Positions 22,091 to 32,438 of a DNA stretch of 64,000 nt are shown here, in pieces. The notes below the pieces were generated by a model. The model had not been told where the DNA came from. It saw only the letters and a list, made by a program, of their open reading frames with translations, and ran no database searches. Source of the DNA: Dehalococcoidia bacterium (lineage in GTDB: Bacteria > Chloroflexota > Dehalococcoidia > UBA2979); contig OZ253555.1 of the NCBI GenBank assembly GCA_965262725.1, positions 352,001-416,000 on the forward strand. Direction: 5' to 3'. Every line of letters begins with the position of its first letter. The first letter of the stretch is position 1. A program made the position numbers and the translations under genes.

Positions 22091-22497
22091 CCGCGCGCGC
22101 CTCGTCCCTCGCGGCGCGTCGAGAGCGGGCCTGGCTCGCGACCAGCGAGGGCTTCGTCGTCGGGCACCGCGGAGACGACGTGAGCGCGGCGGGCCCGTAG
22201 CATCGGTACACGGCAGATTGCCGGACGCGCCAGCTGAGTAGCGTCGGCGTTGCTATCGAGCGGGCGGAGATCGCGAGTGCGTGCGATCGTCGGGCTCCAT
22301 CTCGTGCTAGCAAGCGCGATGCCTCCAAAATTCCGGTGTGGAGCACGGAGCGTGTGCCCGCCCGTGTGGCCATCCCCTAGGTTGCGGACGGCAGATTGTA
22401 GAGGTCGAGCCCGGCCATCTGCGCGCGTGCATGTAACCAACATGTACCCGGTTGGCGGCGCTTGCGCGGGGTCAACGCTGGGATTTGAACCTGAAGA

Positions 22498-22542
22498 TGG
22501 TGGACCTGAGGGGGCTCGAACCCCTGACCTCCACACTGCCAG
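22498..22542 (-). other. 3' half of tRNA-Ala(GGC), attP-like junction
   Basis: Same core as 9587-9631; CATGTACCC-type tandem repeats on both sides (22430-22449, 22664-22688). Confidence 0.9.
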
Positions 22543-24132
22543 GGCGCTAAGCTCGATCCTGTCCTATCCCATGCGGTCCCGCTGAGTGCCGACCAATCCT
22601 GTCTGTTCGGCCAGTGCCGAGGTTGGTGTTGCCTGCTGTACCGCCTCGTCCCATGCAGTACCACCCAACATGTACCCGAAATGTACCCACCGCAGCGGAG
22701 CTGACCGGCCTGACGGGACCCCTTCGTGAGACCGCAACCGAACCGCGTGAAGCTGCCCCGCTGAGCACGTCCGCGTGATGCTGGGCGACGCGGCCATTCA
22801 ACGCAGTGTGTCGTTCACTATCGAGAGGCCGGTCCTGAGCTGGCCACGCCAATACTCCCCGGGGGAGGCGGGCGCGTTCATGCACACGCTGAAGAGGCAG
22901 ACCGCTTAGCGCAGGACGAGGTCGCGGGCGCTCCAGTTGAATCGTTCGAGCGCGGCGAAGCGGAAGTCATCGTAATACGTCCCCGCCGCCTCCGTACGGA
23001 CGCTCGACGATCTTGCCCGTGAGTCTCCGCAGACGGGCCGTTGGGCGGCTTGGCGGTCGCCCGGAGACCCGGCCGGGACCGGGCCTCATTCGGCTGAGGC
23101 GCGTCTTTGCACGGGCCGATCACGTAGACTCACTGACATGCCATCGCGCCAGCATGAGCAGTGGAAAGGCGCGCTCCTAGACCTGCTCCTTCGGAAGCTG
23201 ACGCCCTGCGCCTACTGCTCGCTCGGGCTTCGTGCCAACCATCCCCCGTGGCACCTCTACGAAGAGCGCTCGATCGCCTCCCAGTTCATCACGTGGAGGT
23301 GTCGTTCCGGCGGACACGACCACCTCTTCGACCTGCTCGACGGAGCCGTCCGCGCCGTTGCCGAACGGCGTCTGTCACTGGAGCAGGGGGGTTACTGCGT
23401 GCCCGACATCACCATGCTCGACGCGCGCGACGAGCCAACGGCGCTGCTTGAGGTCGAGCACACTCATGCGCCGGAGCGCTCGCTCATCGCCGCCGGGGAG
23501 CGCGACATCCCGCTCTTTGTGGTGTCCGCTCCGGCGGACTGGCTGCTCGAGCCCGGCTTCGCCCCGCCCGAAGCCTGGGCCACACAGCCGAGGATCGCAC
23601 CCTGCGCGAGGGGGCGGACGCGTTCAACCGTTCACCGGGCAGCGATCTCAGCCGCCGCTTCGCGTACTCCACCGTCGAGGACGATGACGGCCGCCTCGCC
23701 TCCGGTCGCTACGTCGGCTCCGCGCCCAGCCCCGGCGACCGGCCCCCGTTGCGTGGCCACGCGATCCAGGCCCGAAGCTGCTCGTGGTCGTGTGATCGCG
23801 CGCACGAGGCCCTGAGGCGGCAGTGGCCCGGGCGCTAGGCGCGGGCCCCTCGGCAGAAGGGCGGCGGGGCTCATTCTCAATGGAAAGACGTTCAGGTCGA
23901 TGGGATTCGCTCCTTCTTCGCCGAGTCTGGGTCGGCTGGGACGACAGGGCACGCGACCAAGGGCTTATGAGACCTCCGGAATCGGTGCTGATTGGTCCCG
24001 GGACGTGCGATCTGGTCCCTCTCCAATCCTGAGTCGGGCGGTCGCCGTCACGCCGCGTCCCCTGTCGTACCGCGCTGTGCCGCGGTGTTGATCCCCAAAT
24101 TGATCCCCAATTGCTGCCCTTCTTAGCAATTG
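22542..24132. repeat. ~1.6 kb direct repeat, copy 2
   Basis: Colinear with 3258-4851. Confidence 0.92.
23138..23838 (+). pseudogene. second copy of the 3851-4552 gene, with a 1-nt deletion near 23578
   Basis: GCCTGGGCCAC here versus GCCTGGGGCCAC in copy 1. Confidence 0.75.
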
Positions 24133-24269
24133 AATCTCTGGACGCCTGAGGACGTGTACCCGCGGTTTGCTATCCCGCCTGGGGCTTGACACGGTCCGTA
24201 CGATGACGGGCTCGTATTCGCCATGTTCGCGTGCTGAAGTCACGGCGAACCCGGACCCGAGGAGACAAG

Positions 24270-25520
24270 ATGCCCTTTGAGCGGCGACTAGCGGACGAGG
24301 CCGCCGATCTCTTGGCCAGTCTCGGCTACGGGCACGTGGCGCGCGAAGTCCAGGTCGGAGCCGGTCGGAAGGCGGCTGCCCGAGCCGACTTGGTGGCTTG
24401 GGGCCCCGATGAGTCCGGCGCCCTCTCACCGCTTGTGCTCGTCGAAGTCAAGGGTACCTTCGGTGAGCCACCCCCCCGGGGAGTGCTCGCTCAGCTTGCC
24501 GCATACGCGAACGTCCTAGGCACGCCTCAGAACTTCGTGTACGACGGGTCCTGGCACGAGGCTGACCCTTCCTTCGTCGAGTTCTTTCGGTCGGAAGGCC
24601 CACGCCCATCGCGCGCGACCGCCCGGCCTTCTGTGAGCCGAGAGGCGTTCGCCCAGTTGCTGCGTGACGTCGCCGGCCAGCGGCAAGGGCCGGCGGACGG
24701 GCAGGGATCCCGCGACTGGGGAGCGCTCCTGGCAGCGAGCAGCGAAGCTCTCGAGCTGGGGACGGCGTTCGAGCCCGGAAGTGGTGCGGTTTGGGGAAGC
24801 GTCGACTGGGTCAAGGCGCAAGGCAAGGATCTCGTGCGCCAAGCGGCTACGCCTGAGCCGGTAGCACGCGCGATGGCGCAACTGCTACGGCCGTCTCCAG
24901 ACTCCGTCGTCCTTGACCCCGCCTGCGGGATCGGTTCGATTCTCTGGGCGGCAGCAGATTGGGCGCGTGCTGAGGGTGTAGGGCTCCGCTACGAGGGACA
25001 GGATATCTCCCCGCCTCTCACTGACCTGGCAAGCGCGATCGCGCATCTTTCCGGCGAAGAATTCGAGATCCGCTGCGTTGACTCTCTCACCGCCGAGGCA
25101 GACCGCGTCGACTACATCGCATGCGACCCGCCGATGGCGGCGCGGCTCGCTAGTCCCTACGTCATGGCCGACGGGTCGCCAACCACCGACGCCGATGTCG
25201 CATTCATAGATCGCGCACTGTCTCTGCTGCGGCCACGCGGGCGGGCCGTGCTCTTGGTGCGCCGCGGAGTCCTTGGCGGCGGCGGAGCCGCTCGCCGCCT
25301 TCGCGAAGCTGTCCTCGGGCGAGCTCGGGTGACCGCTGTCGTCGGGCTGCCCCCCGGCGTCCTCGAGCCTTTCACCGGCCTATCACCGGCGCTTCTCGTG
25401 CTGGAAGACGCCGCGCCAACTCAGACGCTCATGGCAGAGCTGAGGGAAGACTGGAGCGAGCAGGTGTCGCCTAGTGGCGGTTTTCTGCGTGAGTACCTAC
25501 GGCACTTGGAGGCCGAATGA
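24270..25520 (+). CDS. N-6 adenine DNA methyltransferase with N-terminal restriction-fold domain (type I M / IIG-like)
   Basis: ADLVAW..VLVEVK; TPEPVARAM..VLDPACGIG; YEGQDI; ACDPPM; LRPRGRAVLLV..VVGLP. Confidence 0.82.
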   Translation: MPFERRLADEAADLLASLGYGHVAREVQVGAGRKAAARADLVAWGPDESGALSPLVLVEVKGTFGEPPPRGVLAQLAAYANVLGTPQNFVYDGSWHEADPSFVEFFRSEGPRPSRATARPSVSREAFAQLLRDVAGQRQGPADGQGSRDWGALLAASSEALELGTAFEPGSGAVWGSVDWVKAQGKDLVRQAATPEPVARAMAQLLRPSPDSVVLDPACGIGSILWAAADWARAEGVGLRYEGQDISPPLTDLASAIAHLSGEEFEIRCVDSLTAEADRVDYIACDPPMAARLASPYVMADGSPTTDADVAFIDRALSLLRPRGRAVLLVRRGVLGGGGAARRLREAVLGRARVTAVVGLPPGVLEPFTGLSPALLVLEDAAPTQTLMAELREDWSEQVSPSGGFLREYLRHLEAE

Positions 25521-26704
25521 GTCGTTGGGGGCTCGTCTGGGTAGAGCGCGAGTCCTTCGATCCCAGGTCCCTTCCTGAGCTCGCGGAAGGTGCACACCCC
25601 GCCTCATACAGCGGCCCCGTTCAGCTCGTCTCCGATGTCGCTCAGGCGATCGCCCCTCTGCGGCGCCCCCGCACCGCCGACCTCGTGGTCACCCCGCGAA
25701 GCATCGACCAGTTCACAGGACGGATCACACGGCTCTTCGAGTCCCATTCAGGGCTAGTGCAGCGCGTCGGGATCAACGGACTAGCCCTTGGTGATGTCCT
25801 TGTGCCGGCGGCCGGCGGGCTCTGTCACCTCGTAGACGGCCAAAGCGCTGCGCTGGCGTTCTCGTCGAGATTTGTGGCGCTGCGACCTCACTCTGTTTCG
25901 GGACTCATGCTGTGGGCGCTGCTGTCCTCTCGCTGGGGAATCCGGGCACGTCGATCGGCCGCTCCGGTGACATCTCGGTCCCTCTCCCCCGGCACGCTCG
26001 GCTCCATCCGGATTCCCAGTCTCGCCCACGGCGACCTCCTGGATAGTCCCCACCTCTCTCCGCCCAACGAGCGGTTGGTCAGACTCCTCCCCGAGCCATC
26101 CGTGGCTCTTGAGCTAGAAGGCGCCGAGTCGAGCCAGTGGCGGACAGTCCATCTACAGGCGATGGGTGCCTGGGACCCGCGGATCGTCGACACAGTCACC
26201 ATCACCGGTCCGCGCCGGCCGATCCGAGAGTTCGCCGATGTCACGGCGGCGAGGGGAGTGCCGGAACGGCATCAGCTCGCCGGTCCTGTTGGCGGGTCAC
26301 TGCCAGTGCTCTTGGCGCGCGACGTGAGCATCGGGGCGAGCGCGACGACGTGGGCTCCGAGGGACCTCGTAACGACGGTGGCCGCACCGGGAGACGTGGT
26401 CGTCACCAGGATCGGGCCGCGCCACCGCGTCGCTCTCGTCGACCGCGAACTAGCGATCGGCTCCGAGTTACTCGTTGTCCACTGCGGGGACCCTCAAGTA
26501 GGCCGCGCGCTCGCCTCGTACCTCGACAGTCCGGAAGGACGTAAGAGGCTCGGCGGACTTGAGATCGGATCCGTCATGCGGCGGGTACCCGCGGCAGCGC
26601 TGGCCGGGCTGGAGGTGCCCTGGCCCCTGCGAGACGGGGAGTCCGAGGCCGGGAATCGCCCAACGCTCGCCGACAGGATCGCTGAGGAGTTGCCTTGGCA
26701 CTAG
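25517..26704 (+). CDS. restriction-modification specificity (S-like, two TRD-like halves) subunit
   Basis: ATGA overlap with the MTase; two GDVLV/GDVVV..RIG repeats, YLDS..G, LxxLEVP. Confidence 0.65.
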   Translation: MSRWGLVWVERESFDPRSLPELAEGAHPASYSGPVQLVSDVAQAIAPLRRPRTADLVVTPRSIDQFTGRITRLFESHSGLVQRVGINGLALGDVLVPAAGGLCHLVDGQSAALAFSSRFVALRPHSVSGLMLWALLSSRWGIRARRSAAPVTSRSLSPGTLGSIRIPSLAHGDLLDSPHLSPPNERLVRLLPEPSVALELEGAESSQWRTVHLQAMGAWDPRIVDTVTITGPRRPIREFADVTAARGVPERHQLAGPVGGSLPVLLARDVSIGASATTWAPRDLVTTVAAPGDVVVTRIGPRHRVALVDRELAIGSELLVVHCGDPQVGRALASYLDSPEGRKRLGGLEIGSVMRRVPAAALAGLEVPWPLRDGESEAGNRPTLADRIAEELPWH

Positions 26705-27552
26705 GCTGCGAGCTGTCGCCGCTCGTCCTCAGCACGCTCTACGAGAGGGTACTGAGCCTCAAGTCGGACAACTCCCTCGTAGCCTTCAGCGACCGCGCGG
26801 CGCAACTCGGTCTGGATGACGACTGGTTCCGGTCCGCGATCGACGCGTACCGGCGCATGGCGGAGCTTGACTATCCGGACGTGCACACGAACCACTCCCT
26901 GCTGGCAACGTGGCTGCTCGCTGGTGAGAGACGAAACGCCAAGCTGCAGAGTGCGGAACTGGATGCCGAGTTCGCCGCACTCCCCACGACCGACGCCGAT
27001 CACCAAGCAGTACTCAGATGCTGGACCCTGGGCAAAGTGGCATTGGCACCGGACCAATGGGGTCCTCGAGCGCTCGCCGTACCGGCCTGTCCGCCTGCCG
27101 ATCCCAATGTGGCCGCTGCCTACGAAGGGCTGATCCGTCACGCCACGGCGCTTGCGGACCACGGCGAGTTCGGGGAGATGGCGCACACGGCTGTTGTCTT
27201 CAGACTGCACACCTTGGTCGAGGGCATCCTCCCGGGCACGGACTCGCCCGAGGCACGCTTCCGGGAGCGGCTAGCGAATGTCCGAGGCATCCTGACTCCC
27301 AACGAGGCGGACACTTGGCGCGCCAGTGCGGAGCATCTCTACCACCCGCGCAATGTGATGACACACCTGCACCAAGGGAAGAGCCCAAGCAGCTTCAGCG
27401 ACTACGCGAGCGACTACGATGCCGTCCAATCGGTGCGAGCTCCCGCTCTCGCCTGCGCGCTCCTTGTGTTCGACCAGGTCAGTGTCGAGCAGAGTGAGGC
27501 TACAGGGCCTGGAGTGATCGCCGCGGTCGAGCGCGACATCGATATGGTGTGA
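26695..27552 (+). CDS. hypothetical protein, possible HEPN-like
   Basis: Overlaps the S gene; RNVMTH (Rx4H) motif. Confidence 0.55.
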   Translation: MALGCELSPLVLSTLYERVLSLKSDNSLVAFSDRAAQLGLDDDWFRSAIDAYRRMAELDYPDVHTNHSLLATWLLAGERRNAKLQSAELDAEFAALPTTDADHQAVLRCWTLGKVALAPDQWGPRALAVPACPPADPNVAAAYEGLIRHATALADHGEFGEMAHTAVVFRLHTLVEGILPGTDSPEARFRERLANVRGILTPNEADTWRASAEHLYHPRNVMTHLHQGKSPSSFSDYASDYDAVQSVRAPALACALLVFDQVSVEQSEATGPGVIAAVERDIDMV

Positions 27553-28619
27553 GGTTGACTCACTCGGCACACCGCGAGCTCACGGCGTTCCCGTCGTGGA
27601 GGAGACAGGGCTGAGCATGCCTCAGGCTGCGACAGGCCTCAATTGAGCAGCTCTTGCCGGGGTGTCACCGCGACCCGGCGCTGGAAGAGCGCTCGGGGCT
27701 CCGGCCGCACGATGACGGGCGCACGGCACTACGGCGGGTCAGCAGCGCGCTCTCTCGCCGCGGGCCGAGCGCGTACCTGTACACCCGCCGCCATTGCATC
27801 GGCAGTCGGCGGACCGGAGGGGCGTGTTGTCTCCGAGGAGTCCCGTGAAGATGCAGAGACAGTCCTCGATCTCGTGCGGTTCGAGGCGCGCGAACGCGGG
27901 GGCCAGATCGGTGACGGCGATTGTCCGCGGTCGTCCGACGACATCGACTGCATTCTGGCGAGGTTGGGGTCGCCGGCACTTGGGGGCCAACGGGTCTTGA
28001 GTTCTCCCGGCTGGTGCCCTGCGGCGGCGCTCAACCCGGTGATCCTCCGCACGACCCCCTGGATGAGGGGGGGACGGGTGCGCCGATGCGGCTGCTCGAC
28101 GTGAGCCCGCTCGTTGTCGGCGAGGGCAGTGTCATGCCCGAGCGGTGGCAGCGCCGCCTGGGCTATCGCCAGAAGCGCGGGGCTCAGCCCGCGCCGCGGG
28201 GCGGTGGAGCCGCAACGTGCGGAGCTGAGTCGGCCGCGCGAGCCCCGACGGTGTCCCAAAGCCGTGAGGTCAGCTCCAGCGCGCGACGATTGCCCTGATG
28301 GCGAGCGCGATCCGGCGCTCAACTGAAGCCAGCCGGACCAGCCCGGGCCAGAACGCGAGGATGGCCGTCTCCGTGCCGAAGCGAGGGCCGGCGACTAGCC
28401 CCAGCGCAAGCTGTCCACGCGAAGAAGGCCGACGCTGACCACGGGCTTCCAGAGGAGCGCTTTACATATCGCCCGAAGCGAGGTCGTTACGGCGCTTCCC
28501 CAGCGTGTAGCGCAGCCCAAGCGGCAGGCGGTCGCCCTCGGGATCATCGCGGTATAGATGTTCCAACATGGCCAACTCGTGGAGTTCCGCCGACTCGCGG
28601 ATGCGGCGCAACTCGTCTA

Positions 28620-30657
28620 GTGTCCCGAGTCGCAATAGAGACATATAACGGGTATGGTGCGGCACAGCGGGGTTGTGCCCCATGGGGCAGACTCTGGAGT
28701 GTAGGGTCAGGGGCTGGCGCGGTGCGAGCCGTAGGCGGTGGCGCATCAGTTCCAAGCCGGTTTCCCGGTGGTGCCCAACTCCACGGCCATAGCAGCGTCC
28801 GTCTCCAGCCCCTGCCACATCGAACCGGACGTGAGGTTCTCCCTCATCCGGCTCACCGATGCCCTTCACCAGATGGCATGCAGCGCTCCCCACAACGTGG
28901 GTCGTGCCTTGGCCAGCCGGTACAGCATGTGCGGAGAGCCTCGAACCCTACCAAGTGGTTGCTAGCCCCGAGGGGCACTCACCAGTCCACACCCCCAGCA
29001 ACATGCACGGACAAAGTAGGGGTCCTTCCCATCACCGGCGGTTATGTTGTCCGTCCGGCTCCAGCGGTACTACGACCCCCTCCGCCACCCTTCCGGCTGG
29101 CTGTCCACTTCCCGGCTCTGACCGGTTATAGGACGCCTCGCTCCGACGCCCTCTCACAGGGTGCCGGGCCGGGGAGGGCTTCTCCGGTTCCCGTCGCTAC
29201 CTTCCGTACGTTCCACGTCCCATACGCCGGGAGGTTTCTTGAGGCTGCATTCCAGGATCTTCACCTCGTCCATGGCCTTCGCCCTGACCACCCGGGCTCG
29301 GCTCCTCCTTGGTCCTGTCAATAGACAGGCGAGTCTCACGGCGCGGCAGACTTCGCGTCATGCTGCGGACCGCACGTTTGCTCCCCCTCATAGGGCTCTT
29401 GACGTCGGGCTTCGACGCAGACCGTTTCCCGTCCACGCCGCCGACCTGCTAACGGGCCTCCTGACAGTTACCCGTGCCGGACTCTCACCGGCTGGCAGCA
29501 ACGAGCATGTCTCCGGACCGGTCACGTCATCACGTCACCACCCCTTCGACTTCCGGACGCACGTGATGAGCACCCGAATCGGACGGCCGACGGTCGCGAT
29601 CGTCCTGAGCGACGAGGAGCGTGAGACGCTGGAGCGGTGGGCGCGCCGGCCGACATCGGCCCAGGCGCTGGCGCTGCGCTGTCGCATCGTCCTTGCAGCG
29701 GCCGAGGGGACATCGAATAAGGCGATCGCCGCGGCGCTCGATTGCCATCCGATCACCGTCGGCAAGTGGCGCCGGCGCTTTGCCCAGTGGCGGCTCGATG
29801 GGCTACAGGATGAGCCGCGCCCCGGGGCGCCGCGCACGATCACCGATGCACAGGTGGAAGCGGTGATCGTCACGACGCTGGAGGAGCAGCCTCCCAACGC
29901 GACGCACTGGTCGACCAGATCGATGGCAGCCGCGCTCGGGATGTCGCAGTCGGGGATCTCCAGGATCTGGCGCGCCTTCGGCCTGAAGCCGCACCTCGTG
30001 GAGAGCTTCAAGCTGTCGCCCGACCCGCAGTTCATCGACAAGGTCCGTGACGTGGCCGGGCTCTATCTCAACCCGCCCGACGCGGCGGTTGTGCTGTGCG
30101 TGGACGAGAAGACCCAGATCCAGGCACTCGACCGCACCGCTCAGACGGTGCCGATGATGCCCGGCGTCCCCGCCCGCCAGACGCACGACTACATCCGTCA
30201 CGGCACGACGAACCTCTACGCGGCGCTCGATGTCGCTTCGGGATGCGTGATCACGGAGATGACCCCCCGGCACCGGGCTCGGGAGTTCCAGCAGTTCCTC
30301 ACCCTCATCGACCGCAGCGTTCCCCGTGAACTGGCGGTGCATGTCGTGCTCGACAACGTCTCCACGCACCGCACGCCCGCCATCCAGCGCTGGCTCCAGC
30401 GCCATCCCCGCTTCACCTTGCATTTCACGCCGACCTACAGCTCCTGGATGAACCTCGTGGAGCGCTGGTTTGCAGAGCTCACCAGCAAGTGGCTCCGGCG
30501 CGGCACGCACCACAGCGTCCCTGATCTGATCCGCTCAGTGGAGATGTGGGTCGCCAGCTGGAACGAGAATCCGAGGCCCTTCATCTGGCACAAGTCCGCG
30601 GACCAGATCCTTGACAACCTCGCCGGATATCTAGAGCGCATCCCTGACTCGGGACAC
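28620..30657 (+). mobile_element. IS630-family insertion sequence (contains an antisense group II intron)
   Basis: Perfect 12-bp IRs GTGTCCCGAGTC / GACTCGGGACAC, flanked by duplicated TA within CTAG. Confidence 0.95.
28701..29562 (-). ncRNA. ORF-less group II intron B, copy 1 (862 nt, intact)
   Basis: 5' GTGCG at 29562; domain V GAGCCGGATGAGGGAGAACCTCACGTCCGGTTC at 28822-28854; 3' end CCCTAC at 28701; no RT ORF. Confidence 0.93.
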
Positions 30658-30660
30658 TAG
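29566..30660 (+). CDS. IS630 family transposase
   Basis: HTH..DEPRPGAPR, HWSTRSMA, CVDEKTQIQA, YIRHGT, VLDNVSTH, TPTYSSWMNLVERWF. Confidence 0.95.
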   Translation: MSTRIGRPTVAIVLSDEERETLERWARRPTSAQALALRCRIVLAAAEGTSNKAIAAALDCHPITVGKWRRRFAQWRLDGLQDEPRPGAPRTITDAQVEAVIVTTLEEQPPNATHWSTRSMAAALGMSQSGISRIWRAFGLKPHLVESFKLSPDPQFIDKVRDVAGLYLNPPDAAVVLCVDEKTQIQALDRTAQTVPMMPGVPARQTHDYIRHGTTNLYAALDVASGCVITEMTPRHRAREFQQFLTLIDRSVPRELAVHVVLDNVSTHRTPAIQRWLQRHPRFTLHFTPTYSSWMNLVERWFAELTSKWLRRGTHHSVPDLIRSVEMWVASWNENPRPFIWHKSADQILDNLAGYLERIPDSGH

Positions 30661-31129
30661 CACCTCTGCTTCGAAGTCGGTCATGTCAGGCATAGCGCCC
30701 CCCCTTGAGTTCGACTCAGCCAGTGAAACACCCCCTGAGGCTGTTGACCATGGCTCGCGTTGGGACCGCGCATCGCCGATCAGCTTCAGCGGGAAGACGG
30801 CGGCGTCCTACGACAAGTTTGCTCTCGACTCGCGCCCCCAACTCGGCAGGCTGATGGTCGCGCACAGAGGCGAGAATGACGCCATCGTCACCCACCACCT
30901 CGACGGTGCCGGGTTCCAGCAGAACGCGTCCGAACGCCACGGCAAGCGGCCTCGGGCGATGTGCGCGGACGGCCGCCGCCGCCGTGCTCGGCTGGTGGCC
31001 ACTCGCCACCCCCCGCGCGCATGCGCAGCAGGCGCCCGATCCGCCTGCGGCCCTCATCGGCCGCGACCCCCGGCGTGTATCCGTGCTGTCATCGACTGGC
31101 CTCGGGCTATCAGAAGCCGCTCATGGGCA

Positions 31130-31250
31130 CGAGAGCTGGATGAGTACATTGCGCGCGAGGTGCTGCCGCACGTGTCGGACGCTTGGGTCGACGGGAGCAA
31201 GACGAAGATCGGCTGCAAGACCCCGCTCAACCGCCACCTCTACGAGGCTG
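31130..31250 (+). pseudogene. type I R-M HsdM C-terminal remnant
   Basis: EYIAREVLPHVSDAWVDGSKTKIG..PLNRHLY. Confidence 0.7.
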
Positions 31251-31583
31251 ACCTACGCCGTCGTGATTGAGCAGACCCCGAACAACTACGGTGCCTACGC
31301 GCCGGACGTGCCCGGCTGCATCAGCGCTGCCGGCACCCCCGATAAAATGCTGGCGATGATCCGCGAGGCTCGCACCTTCCACATCGAGGCACTGATCGAA
31401 GACGGCGATCCCGTACCCGAACCCACGATGTCCATTGACGACGCGAGCCCGTACCACAGCCAGGCCCTCTCCGAGGCCGATGAGGAGTTGCTGGCGGAGT
31501 ACGGTGATGCCCCTCCGACGCTCTCGACGCGGTTCGAGCTGGTCGAGATCGAAGTTCCTGCCCTGCAGCCCGAGGCCGTGTAG
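31242..31583 (+). pseudogene. hicB: HicB-like antitoxin with ACG in place of the start codon
   Basis: RLTYAVVIEQTPNNYGAYAPDVPGCIS..IREARTFHIEAL; paralog of 35219-35557. Confidence 0.75.
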
Positions 31584-31600
31584 GTCGTCGCAGGGGACTA

Positions 31601-31760
31601 ATGGACCTCGCTCTGGTAGACGGAGAACGGCGGACACCACCAGGGGGCCGCGGCCTCTGTCAGTACTGTGGCATCGCGATGGTCGCGAGGTGCGGACGCG
31701 TCAAGATGTGGCACTGGGGCGCACATGCCGCGATCAAGTTGCGACCCTTGGTGGGGCGGC
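31601..31760 (+). pseudogene. CoiA-like protein N-terminal remnant
   Basis: ALVDGER..GLCQYCG..MVARCGRVKMWHW. Confidence 0.55.
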
Positions 31761-31809
31761 GAGCGTGGCTGGCTGGGCTACTACGCGGTCCCAGTCCGCC
31801 GCATGCCGC

Positions 31810-32418
31810 CTAGCCGGACGACGGGTAGTCGGTATCGTCACGGACGCGTTCATAGTCCTCGCGCCGGAGCCAGTGGCACCAGATATTGCGATTCTCCATG
31901 CTCAGTCGTTGCCGGTAGCGCTCCGAGCGCCAGCCCGCGACCTCGACCCGTGCGGACCCTTCCCCGTCGAGCACTTCTTCGATTGCGGGAATGAGGTCCG
32001 TGTCGCCGGAACAGATGATCGCCACGTCGTACTCGCCCCTGTACGCGAGCAGGGCTATGTCGAGCGCCATTCTCACGTCGATCCCCTTCTCCTGGGGACC
32101 CTGCCCGTCTGCGTTGTCGGGCCAGCCGTGCGGATATCTCAACTGGCGTGCGAACACATGGCAGCCGGCCCGCTCCCAGGCTTGGCACTGCCGGACGTTC
32201 GCTCGGTACGCGGCAGGTTGCAGGTAAGCGTCAGGCCTTCCCGTATACAGCCGGACTGCGGCAAGCGACCTGCCAGGGTCTCGAGAACAGAGCAGTTCAC
32301 CCAGAGCGCGCGGTTGAAACTGGCCGACCCTGTATGGGTCGATCCCATCGTCAAAGAACGCCCGCCGGGCACCGCGATAGAAGTTCTGGGCATCCACGAA
32401 GACGATGACGCGGCTCAT
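31810..32418 (-). CDS. NYN domain (PIN-like) ribonuclease
   Basis: VFVDAQNFY..QEKGIDVRMALD..CSGDTDLIPA. Confidence 0.88.
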   Translation of the reverse strand: MSRVIVFVDAQNFYRGARRAFFDDGIDPYRVGQFQPRALGELLCSRDPGRSLAAVRLYTGRPDAYLQPAAYRANVRQCQAWERAGCHVFARQLRYPHGWPDNADGQGPQEKGIDVRMALDIALLAYRGEYDVAIICSGDTDLIPAIEEVLDGEGSARVEVAGWRSERYRQRLSMENRNIWCHWLRREDYERVRDDTDYPSSG

Positions 32419-32438
32419 GGCTGCCACCGTGGGTATGC

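Larger units (their letters stand above)
28462..30693 (-). pseudogene. small hypothetical gene interrupted by IS630
   Basis: Removing the IS and one TA restores MPDMTDFEAEVL-DELRRIRESAELHELAMLEHLY...GDM*. Confidence 0.6.

Noticed and set aside
9587-22542. Intact tRNA genes
   Set aside because: All tRNA-like segments begin at the anticodon loop and lack the D arm and 5' acceptor strand.
19354-23838. Programmed frameshifting or phase variation in the protease, KAP and duplicated genes
   Set aside because: Single-base indels at or near short G/C runs are equally explained by sequencing error or decay, and cannot be resolved without reads.
27600-28450. Coding genes in this interval
   Set aside because: No recognisable motifs or RBS-supported ORFs; it appears to be decayed or intergenic sequence.
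29161-29565. N-terminal extension of the 499-aa IS630 ORF
   Set aside because: It is the antisense strand of intron B; the transposase starts at 29563 or 29566.
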